Assembly (NCBI GenBank): GCA_965240325.2
Contig: OZ251222.1
Location: 3,224,001 to 3,288,000, forward strand
Source: Rebecca billardiae RCC1528
Lineage: Eukaryota > Protista > Haptophyta
Direction: 5' to 3'
Length of the DNA: 64,000 nucleotides
A program made the translations under genes and the position numbers. Below are positions 18,835 to 28,800 of this stretch, one piece after another; the first letter of the stretch is position 1, and every line of letters starts with the position of its first letter. The notes below the pieces were generated by a model. The model did no database searches, was not told where the DNA came from, and saw nothing but the letters and a program-made list of their open reading frames with translations.

Positions 18835-21800
18835 ATGGCCGCCTCAGCGTGCGATGTGCGCGAGCCTTGGGCTCACGCGAGCGGCTTCGAGCGCATGGGG
18901 GTAGGACGCGAGCGGCGCGGCGCGTCCCTCGCGCGCGAGAGCGCGACCGGCGCGCCCACCCTCCACCCGCGCGCTTCGCCGCGCCGCCACACCCGGGGCT
19001 CACGCGCGCCGTGCCGCGCCGCCTCGCGATGCGCGCAGGACGAGCTCGCGAGCGCGGAGCGGCTCGTCGAGCAGAGCGTGCGGCGCAAGAATGATCAGCT
19101 CGCGCGGCTGCAGGAGGAGCTCCGGGGCCTGCGCACACGCGCCATCGAGCGCGAGGACCGCGCGCGCCAGACGCTCGAGCGCGCACTGCGCGAGGCGCAC
19201 TCGCCGCGCGCCGCCAACGAGTTTGAGGCCACGGCGCAGCACTCGGAGCGCGCGGCGCTCGAGCGCGCGCTCGCCGATCGCGACGAGGAGCTTCGTCAGC
19301 TGCGCGCGCAGCTGCGCGACGCCGAGGCGCGCACCGCCGAGGCGCGCGCCGAGGCGCGCGAGCACGCGCGCGCGGTCGGCGAGCGCGACGCGCATGCGGC
19401 CGAGCTGCGCGAGCGGCTGCGCGCGGCGGAGCGGGCGGCGGCGGCGGCGGAGACGGCGGCGGCGGCGGCGTCGGTGACCCTCGCCGCCGCTCGCTCGGGC
19501 GCGGCGGGCGAGGCCACGCTCGAGCGCGACCTCGCCGACGCGCGCCGCGAGGCGTCCGCGCGCGTCGAGGCTGAGCGCGAGGCGGCCGCGCGCCGCGAGG
19601 CGCAGCTTGCGCAGCAGCTCGAGGCGGCGGAGGCGCGCGCGGCGCAGGCGACGGCGCGCGCGGACGCGGCGGAGGAGCGCACGTCCGAGCTCCGCGCGAA
19701 GCTCGCCGTGCCGCCCGCGCCCTCCGCCGACCCCGCCGAGCTCGAGCGCGTGCGCGGCCAGCTCGAGAGCGCGCGCACAGAGCTAGCTGCGCGCGACGCC
19801 GCGCTCACCGACGCGCGCGAGAAGCTGGCGGCGGCGGAGAGGCGGGCGGCGGAGCGCGTGGCGCGTGAGGCCGCGGAGGCCGACGAGCGCGCGGACGACG
19901 CGCGCGCGCGCCCGGCCGCGACCGCCGCCGCGGCCGCCTCGCCCACCCCGGCCGCGCCCGCGCCGGCGCCGAGCGCGCCTGGCGCGCTCACGCCGCCGCG
20001 CGCCGGCGCCGGTGGCATCTCGGTCGCGGCGGCGGCGCAGATCTTCAGCGGCTCGTCGGTCGACGGCTCCTCGTTCAAGTCGTCGAAGGCGTCCGAGGCC
20101 TCCCTGTCGCGCGAGGAGCGCGAGGAGCGCGCGCGCATGCGGCGCGAGGAGATGAAGGCGCGCGCCGAGGCGGAGGCGGCCGAGCAGGCGGCCGCGGCCA
20201 AGATCCGTCAGGAGGCGGAGGAGCGGGCGAAGCGGATGGCGGCGAAGGCGCGCGCGGAGGCGGAGGCGGAGGAGCAGGCGGAGGAGCGCAAGCGCGAGGA
20301 GGCGCAGTCCGAGCTCAAGGCGCGCGCCGAGGCCGACGCCAAGCGCAAGGCGGAGGCGGACGAGGCGAAGCGGCGCGCGGACGACGACGCGGCCAAGCGG
20401 CGCACGGAGGAGGAGGCGGCGTCGGCGGCGAACGTGGCCGCGTCGAAGCGGCGGGCGGAGGAGGAGCGGGCGGCGGCGGCGAAGCGGCGCGAGGAGGAGG
20501 CCGCCGCGGCGGAGGAGCGCCGCGCCGCCGAGGAGGAGCGCCGTGCAGCGGCGGACGCGGAGGCCGCCGCGTCGGAGAAGCGACGCGCGGAGGAGGCGGC
20601 TGCGGCCAAGCAGCGGGCGGAGGAGGCCAAGGCGGCCAAGCGACGCGCCGACGAGGAGGCGGCCGCCGCGACGAGGCGGCGGGTCGAGGAGGCCGCCGAG
20701 GGCGCGGGCGGCGGCGAGGACGCGCGCAGGCAGGCCGAGGCGGAGGAGCGCGCGCGCCGAGACGCGGAAGAGGCAGCCCTGGCGCGCGCGCTGCTCGGCG
20801 ACGACGAGGACGAGGACGAGCAGGACGCAGCGCCGCCGCCGCCGCCGCCCGCAAAGCCGCCTCCCAAGCCCGCTCCGGCGGGCGGCGCGTCGAGCAGTCG
20901 CGCGCCTCCGCCGCAGCCGGAGGAGGACGAGTTCGATGACGAGGACGCGGAGGAGGACGAGGAGGAGGAGGCGGCGGAGGAGGTGGTGGCGGCAGCGCGG
21001 CAGGAGGCTTCCTATGAGGACGAGGACGAGGAGGAGGAGGAGGAGGAGGAGGAGCCTGTGCCCTCCGCCAAGCCCCTCAGCCGCGGCAAGCAGCCGGCGG
21101 CGGCGGAGGCCGAGCAGGAGGAGAAGGGCCCTCCGCTGGACGGGCCCGACGCGGTGATGATCGTCGGCGAGCCGCTGATGGGCTCGAGCCTGCGCGTGAG
21201 TGCGGTCGTGGAGGGTCAGCGGCTGGGCAAGAAGGGCGCCAAGCCCCCCTTCCGCTTCACCGTGCGCTGGAGCCGCATCGCGGGCTCCAAGCCCGTGCCC
21301 CTCGACCCGGTGGCGGACGACGAGTCGGCGTACGTGACGACGGCCGAGGACGTGGGCGCCGTCGTGCAGGCGACGCTCACCGTGTACGTGGGCAAGGGGC
21401 AGCCGCGCCAGCTCTCCGCGCAGAGCGAGCAGGTGAACATCTCGGGCGACCACGCCGAGCGGCTGCGGCGCATCGTGCGCGATGACCGGATGGCCGAGTT
21501 CAAGGTGCGGCGCGAGCTGCTCGGCAGGCGCACCCGGCGGCCGGCACCGCACAGCGCGCGCGCGCGCGCGCGTGCTCGCGCGCGTGCTCGCGCGCGTGCT
21601 GAGGCGGAGGCGCGCGCCCGCCCCGCCCCCTTTGGCGCCGCAGGTGCTCGACGTCGTGAACAACGAGGCGGAGCGCGTGCTCGCGTTTGCCACCGACCGC
21701 GTCAAGGTGCGCGACGACTGGAAGAACAAGGTGGTGCAGAAGGAGGTGTACACCAAGGGCGTCAAGATCGAGCTGGACCAGTCGAGCACGCAGAAGTTCA

Positions 21801-22206
21801 CCCTCACGCTCAACTTTCGGAAGGTACAGGGCGCGCGCCGAGCGCGGCGCACGGCCGCGCGCGCGCGCGATGCGCTCACGCGCCTCGCGTTCGCACGCGC
21901 CTCGCGCGCGCGCCGCGCCACCGCGTGTGTGCGCGCGCCGCGCAGCCCCAGATCCTCTGGCTGCGCGCCGAGAGCGCAGAGGAGCGCAACCTGATCGCGC
22001 TCGTGCTGCGCAGCTTCGTCAAGCCGACCGAGCTCAACATCATCCTCGCGAGCGCAGGGCCGAGCAGCAAACCCTCGTCGGCAGCGGGGGAGAAGCCGGG
22101 GACTTCGCCGGCATCGAGTGTGAGCAGCAGGGCGGCGCCGCCAGCGCCTCAGGCCAGCGCGAGCAAGCCGCGCCGCGGGCTTGGCGGCCTGTTCGGCCGC
22201 AGGTAA
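18835..22206 (+). CDS. Long coiled-coil/charged-helix protein with a C-terminal Ig-like + PH-like module (SCAB/AIR9-like); introns 18856-19038, 21505-21643, 21824-21945
   Basis: E/R/K/A-rich helical region. VMIVGEPLMGSSLRV..FTVRWSR..YVTTAEDVGAVVQA resembles AIR9/SCAB Ig repeats. ILWLRAESAEERNLIALVLRSF resembles a terminal PH helix. Three phase-0 GT-AG introns. Confidence 0.78.
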   Translation: MAASACDVREPWAHASGFERMGVGRERRGASLARESATGAPTLHPRASPRRHTRGSRAPCRAASRCAQDELASAERLVEQSVRRKNDQLARLQEELRGLRTRAIEREDRARQTLERALREAHSPRAANEFEATAQHSERAALERALADRDEELRQLRAQLRDAEARTAEARAEAREHARAVGERDAHAAELRERLRAAERAAAAAETAAAAASVTLAAARSGAAGEATLERDLADARREASARVEAEREAAARREAQLAQQLEAAEARAAQATARADAAEERTSELRAKLAVPPAPSADPAELERVRGQLESARTELAARDAALTDAREKLAAAERRAAERVAREAAEADERADDARARPAATAAAAASPTPAAPAPAPSAPGALTPPRAGAGGISVAAAAQIFSGSSVDGSSFKSSKASEASLSREEREERARMRREEMKARAEAEAAEQAAAAKIRQEAEERAKRMAAKARAEAEAEEQAEERKREEAQSELKARAEADAKRKAEADEAKRRADDDAAKRRTEEEAASAANVAASKRRAEEERAAAAKRREEEAAAAEERRAAEEERRAAADAEAAASEKRRAEEAAAAKQRAEEAKAAKRRADEEAAAATRRRVEEAAEGAGGGEDARRQAEAEERARRDAEEAALARALLGDDEDEDEQDAAPPPPPPAKPPPKPAPAGGASSSRAPPPQPEEDEFDDEDAEEDEEEEAAEEVVAAARQEASYEDEDEEEEEEEEEPVPSAKPLSRGKQPAAAEAEQEEKGPPLDGPDAVMIVGEPLMGSSLRVSAVVEGQRLGKKGAKPPFRFTVRWSRIAGSKPVPLDPVADDESAYVTTAEDVGAVVQATLTVYVGKGQPRQLSAQSEQVNISGDHAERLRRIVRDDRMAEFKVRRELLGRRTRRPAPHSARARARARARARARAEAEARARPAPFGAAGARRREQRGGARARVCHRPRQGARRLEEQGGAEGGVHQGRQDRAGPVEHAEVHPHAQLSEGTGRAPSAAHGRARARCAHAPRVRTRLARAPRHRVCARAAQPQILWLRAESAEERNLIALVLRSFVKPTELNIILASAGPSSKPSSAAGEKPGTSPASSVSSRAAPPAPQASASKPRRGLGGLFGRR

Positions 22207-22556
22207 GTGGCAGCGTAGTTGCCATAGTAGCATTGCCAGCGACAGGCGGGACGGACCATCTGCCGGCGCCATCTGCGGCGCCTTGCGGGCGGCCACTTGC
22301 ACGCCTCACCGAGCGACCGGGCTGACGAGCACGGCGGTACTTTCAGCGGCGCACTATACGTATTCACCGTCGTAGTATATAGTAGTATGCGCGCTGATGA
22401 TCACTGCGCTGGCATCGTGACTCGTGTACGGTCCGACGTCCGGGACTCGTGAGTCCTTCCTAACAGACGATCGCCGTGCTGCGTGCACGGCGCCTGCGAC
22501 GGGACACGGGTGGACCGGACGGACGACTGAAACTACTGACGAATAAAGTAGCAGTG

Positions 22557-22605
<49 letters not shown>

Positions 22606-22606
22606 G

Positions 22607-22670
<64 letters not shown>
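22557..22670. repeat. Compound microsatellite (CAT)n-(AT)n
   Basis: Direct reading. Confidence 0.97.
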
Positions 22671-22675
<5 letters not shown>

Positions 22676-22821
22676 TGACATCACGCTGACAATGCGACGC
22701 TAGCTATGCGTATATTGCTGCAGTAGCATTAAGTGCGCTGATGATGCATTAATACGATTTCATCAATTATTCAACTGCGACGACATATATCGGCCGCAGG
22801 GCCGCCATCATGTGACGACAG

Positions 22822-25800
22822 CTACACGCGCCAAGGGCCTGGTCCGGCTGGCCCTGGGCCGCTTGGCACGGCGCGCTCGGCGTAAGGCGGGCGGTATGGC
22901 GGCTGACGATGCTGGGGTTGTCGTGATGGTGGCGGGTCGGATGCGCGGCTGGTCCGGTCAGACTGCCGAGCACCGCCCACTGGCTCGGAGGCGCGGCTGA
23001 TCCGGTTAGACGCGCGCGCACCCACTGGCTCGGATGCGCGGCTGACCCGGTCAGACGGCCGCGCACCCACTTGCTCGGATGCGCGGCTGGTCTGCGTGAA
23101 CGGCCACGACATACCCAGCGGCTCGGATGCGCGGCTCGTGCGGTTAGAGCGTTGCGCCTGCTCCTCTTGCTCGCGCTGTCGCTCCTGCTCCTCTTGCTCG
23201 CGCTGCTGCGCAGCCAGCGCCAGGAGCTCGCTCTCAGCCTCCTCGGCCTTCCTCCTCTGCGGCGGGGCGGGCGCACGGAGGACGCACATGGAAGCAGTTG
23301 GGCAAGCAGGGTGGCGCGTGAGGACATTGCCGGGACGATCCGAACACGCATGCAGCGGCGCGAGGGTGGCCACCCACCTTCCGGCGCAGCACGAAGAGAC
23401 CGACAAGGGCGAGCAGGATGGCGCATCCGCAGATCGCGATGGCGACGATGATGCCCACCTGCATGGGCACGGGGGAGACGCGGCATAGGGTGCGGCGTGT
23501 GTCTTCTCACCGTCAGTCCCCGCGCACGCACGGGCTGCACGCACGTGCGAACGCGCACACGCTCGCGCAGCGCACCTGGCCAGCAAACGACACGTCCACG
23601 TTCTGGCCAAAGAGGGAGGCCTCAGAAGTGGGAGGCGGCGACGGCGGGGACGGCGGCGGGCTCGGCGGTGGCGGGCTCGTTGGCGATGGCGGCGGAGGCG
23701 GGCTCGGCGGCGGGCTTGGGGGCGACGGCGGCTGCGGCGGCGGGCGCGGCGGCGAGGGCGGCGCCGGTGGCGGCGCGGGCGAGGGCGGCGGGCTCGGCGG
23801 CGGCGCCGGCGGGGGGCTCGGTGGGATTGGTGGGTTTGGTGGCGGGCGGCTCGGCGGCGATGGCGGGAGGGGCGGTGGCGAGTAGAGATCGCAGCTGCCG
23901 TCGTTGTACGTCGCGCACGAGTCAAAGTTACGCGCGCCGACGGCGGTGCAGCCGCCACGCGCGCATCGCCCGTCGTCGACGGTGGCGACGGGGTCGTAGT
24001 TATCCGAGAGCGAGTCGGTGCAGCCGAAGAAGTTGAACTCGCACCCGCTGAGCACCGTTGCCGTCGGGTCAAAGTTGGACGCAGACGAGTCAGTGCAGCC
24101 CACGTACTGGCAGTTCCCCGAATCGACCGTCGCGGCCGATCTGTAGTTGACAGCGGCCGAGTCGGTGCAGCCGGCGACTGGAAAGATGCACGAGTCGTCC
24201 GGCGCGTTTGCCGTCGAGTCAAAGTTCGACGCAAGTGGCTCGAGACAGCCGACGAAGAGGCACGCGTCGAAGTCGAGCAGCGTCACGCTCGGGTCGTAGT
24301 TGGACGCGCTGACAATCGAGCAGCCCACGACGTCGGGCACGCAGCTGCCGTCGTCGACCGTCGCGGCCGAGTCGTAGTTCTGCGTGAGAGGAGACGTGCA
24401 GCCGGGTCGGACGCAGCTGCCGTCGTCCGCGTCCGCCGTCGAGTCGTAGTTGTCAGCGACGGAGCTCGTGCAGCCGGGCGCGGGGCACACGCAGCTGCCA
24501 TCGTCGACGGTCGCAGTGGCATCGAATCCCACGCAGCCGTCGGTCGTGCAGCCCGGGAAGGCGCACGAGCCGTCGTCGAAGTTGGCGCCCGAGTCGTAGT
24601 TCTGCGCGGCCGGATCAGTGCAGCTGGCGGTGGGCAGCGCGCACGAGCCGTCGGGCGCGTTCGCACTCGAGTCGTAGTTGAAGGCGATCGGGTTCATGCA
24701 GCCAAAGTAGGCGCATCCGCCGTTCACGTCTGCGAGCGAGTCGTAGTTGTCCGCGTCCGCGTCGGTGCAGCCGACGACGGCGAGGTTGACGCAGGCGTTC
24801 GAGTCGACGGTCGCACGCGAGTTGTAGTTCTGGGCGAGCGGGTTGAGGCATCCGGTGATCGTGCAGCTGCCGTCGTCCGTCAGGGCGAGCGAGTTGTAGT
24901 TGTCGGCGGTCGAGTCGGTGCAGCCGGAGACGGAGAAGACGCACGATGTCGCGTCATCGACGGTGGCGGTGGAGTCGTAGTTCGTCGCGAGCGCCGAGCG
25001 ACAGCCCTGGTACTGGCAAGTGGCATCATTCGTGTCGGCGGTCGAGAGGTAGTTGGCTGCAGTCGGGTCGGTGCAGCCGAAGCGCGGGTACACGCAGCTG
25101 CCATCGTTCTGGGTGGCGGTTGAGTCGTAGTTGAGCGCGAACGTGAGGATGCAGCCGGAGATGTCGCAGCTGCCGTCGTCGACGTTGGCGAACGGCTCGT
25201 AGTTGTCGGCGACAGAGGCGGTACAACCGGGGATGGCGCCCGTGCACCCGCCGTCATTGATGGTGGCGGCAGAGTCATAGTTGTCGGCGCCCTCGATCGT
25301 GCAGCCGCGGAGCACGCAGCTGCCGTCGTCGACCGTGGCGTCGGCGTCGTAGTTGTCGGCGCGCGTATCGGTGCAGCCATTGACAAAGAAGACGCAGCTG
25401 CCGTCGGTGAACGTCGCTGCTGGGTTGAAGTTCTTGGCGAGCGTGCTCAGGCAGCCGCCGAGCGCGCACGAGCCATCGTCGAGCACGGCGCTCGAGTTGA
25501 AGTTGTCGGCGGCAGAGTCGGTGCAGCCGCCGAGTGGCTCGACGCACGAGCCGTCATTGCGGTTGGCCGTTGGGTCATAGTTGGTGGCGGTCGGGTCGAC
25601 GCAGCCGAACGAGGCGTACGTGCAGCTGCCGTCGTCCTGGGTCGCCTCGGGCACGTGATTAGCGGCGCTCGAGTCGGTGCAGCCGAGGATGTTGTACGCG
25701 CACACCACGTCGCCCTGCGAGGTCGCGTTCGAGAAGTAGTTGATCGCGAGCGGGTCGCGGCAGCCGAGCACGTCGAAGAGGCACGAGCCGTCGTCGTCCG

Positions 25801-28800
25801 TCGCTAGCGGCACGAAGTTGGTCGCGTTCGCCAAAGTGCAGCCGAGGTACACGCACGAGTCGTCGCTCACCGTTGCGTCTGGGTCAAAGTTGTGAGCGCT
25901 GATGGCGGTGCACCCGGGCACTGGGCACACGGGCGCCGCGTACGTCGCCTGCAGCGCGGTCGAGAAGCACGTCGTCTCAGCCGTCTGCACCGCCGGCGCG
26001 CGGCCGACCCCGAGCGCGTTGGGCGCGGCGCGCATGCGCGCGTCCGCCGCCGACAGCTCGAAATAGCCGGGGCCTTCCCAGATGCCGGTGAGCACATCGA
26101 CACGCGCTGCGAGCGCATCTGCAGTGTCGCGCAGTGCGCCGGCGTTGGGTCCATTGCTCGGCGTGAGGCCGACGCCATCGCGCACCGCGAGCACGAGCTC
26201 AAGCGTAGCACTCGCGTTGACGAGGACGCTCGCTATGCCCCCCGGGCGGTCGGGCGTCGCGAGGCAGCGCTCGATGAGCTCGTCGCTCGCGCGCTCCTCG
26301 ATGGTCGTGTCATCTGCGTACGGCGCGAGCTGCGTGAGCAGCCGCTCGAGCACCTCGCTGATCAGCACGGATGCGCGCACGATGTGCCGCGCGTTCGGGT
26401 CACCGTCGAAGTACTGCTGGAGCGGGCGGTACTTGGTCAGGTCGACGAGCGGGTCGAAGTCGAAGCAGCGCCGCAGGTTGAGCTGTGCGACCGCGTCCGT
26501 GAGCCCACGCGCCACCATGCGCACGTACAGCGTCGTGAGCGGTGAGACGACCTTCGAAGCGAACGGCGCGAGCAGCGTGAAGCGGAGCGACGCGCCGTCA
26601 ATCGTGTCGCGGCACTGCGCCGACGGGCGCACGCGCAGTGTCTCGAACGCGTCGGAGTACAGCATCGCGAACCCGCCGGACACCAGCGTCGTGTCCGAGC
26701 CGACGACGACGCCGTCGGCGCGCACCGCCTGCACGAGGCACGAGCGGCGCTGCGCGACCACCTGCACGACGCCGCTCGCCGCAGAGAAGACGCACTCGAT
26801 GTCGCTCGCGATGGTGGCGCGCTCGTCGTAGTTGCGCGCGTCCGTGCGCGTGCACCCCTTGTAGTCGCACCGCTCGTACAGCTCGGCGCCCGGCACGTAG
26901 TTCACCGCGAGCGGGTCGGAGCAGCCGCGCCGCTTGGCAACGCACGAGCCGTCGCTTGCCGTTGCGCGGTTGTCAAAGTTGCGCGCGTTCGGGTCGGTGC
27001 AGCCCTCGATGCGGCAGCTGCTCGGCACGCGCTCGACATTGGCGCGCGAGTTGTAGTTCGAGGCCGCGGCGTCGGTGCAGCCGAAGACCTTCGCGACGCA
27101 CGAGCCGTCGTCCACGTTGGCTGCAGAGTCGTAGTTGAGCGCGTTCACCGACGTGCAGCCGGGCGATGCCGCGATGCACCCGCCGCTGTCCTGCGTCGCG
27201 GCGGGGCGGTAGTTGAGCGCGCTCGAGTCGGTGCAGCCGATCACGGCGAAGACACATGCGCCGCCCAGGTCGAGCGTCGCGCTTGAGTCGTAGTTCGTCG
27301 CGCTCGGCGAGGTGCAGCCAGGCACGGGGAGCACGCAGCTGCTGTCGTCCACGCCAGCGGCAGAGTTGAAGTTGAGCGCGGCCGAGTCGGTGCAGCCGTC
27401 GATCGGGAAGACGCAGCTGCCGTCTTTCACCGTCGCGCTCGAGTCGTAGTTGGTCGCGCGCGACGACATGCAGCCGAATCGCGGGTGCACGCAGTCCGCC
27501 GAGCCGACGTTGGCGTCGGAGCGGAAGTTGAGCGCAGCAGAGTCCGTGCAGCCGACGACCGCGCGCACGCACGCGCCGGCGCGCGGCGTGTTGGCGCTCG
27601 AGTCGTAGTTGAGCGCGATCGGGTCGGTGCAGCCCAGCAGCGGCAGCACACATGTGCTCGGCTCGGCCTCCGAGTTGGCGCGCGAGTCGTAGTTGAGCGC
27701 TGTCGGGTCGGTGCAGCCCAGCCTCGGCAGCACGCACGCGTACTGCGGGTTGTCGGGCTGCACATTGGCGCTCGAGTCGTAGTTGGTCGCAGCCGGGTTG
27801 CGGCAGCCGGGCGCGGGCATGACGCACACGCTCACGTCGACCTGCCCGGGCGCGGCGCGCGAGTCGTAGTTGAGCGCGTCCTCAATACCGCACTTCTTCT
27901 CGGTGAACAGGCAGCTGCCGTCGTACACGGTGGCGTTAGGGTTGTAGTTAGTGGCCGCCGTGGACGTGCAGCCGCGGATCGCAAACTCGCAGCTGAGGGT
28001 GTCCTCAGCGGTGGCGTCCGAGCGGTAGTTGAGCGCGGCAGTGTCCATGCAGCCGCGCACGGAGAAGATACAGTTGCCGTCGTTCGCGGTCGCGTCGGGC
28101 TCGTAGTTGGACGCTGACGGCACGTTGCAGCCAAAGATCACGCACTGCTCGGAGTCGACGCTGGCGCGCGAGTCGTAGTTGGTCGCACGCGTGTCCATGC
28201 ACCCAACGCGCGCGAACACGCACGAGCCCGGGCTGAAGCGCGTCGCAGTGGAGTCGTAGTTGCTCGCCGCCGTGCTCGTGCAGCCCAAGTAGGCGCAGCT
28301 GCTGTCGTCCACCGTCGCGTTCGGCGCGTAGCTCCCCGCCGCCGGATCCGTACACCCGCGGCAGCTCGTGAGGTCGCACGCCGTGAAGAGCGTCGCGCTC
28401 GGGTCGTAGTCGCACGCGCTCGGGATCGTGCAGCCAGGCACCTCGTACACGCACGTGCCGTCGTCCGTGTCCGCGATCGAGTCAAAATTGCGTGCGGCCA
28501 CGTCAGTGCAGCCGAGCGTGTACGGCAGACAGCTGTTGTAGTTGGTCGCAGACGAGTCGTAGTCGGGTGCCCAACTGTCTGTGCACCCCGGGAACGTGTA
28601 CACGCACACCACGTCGGCGGGCTGCGACGTCGCGTCCGAGCGGAAGTTGGTGGCGGCGGAGTCGACGCAGCCAAAGACGGCGTAGGAGCAGCACGACTGC
28701 TGATCGCACGCGCGCGCGAACGAATCGTAGTTGAGAGCAATAGGGTCGACGCACCCGAGTCGTGGTGGCGGGCTTGGCGGCGGGCTCGGCGGCGACGTGG

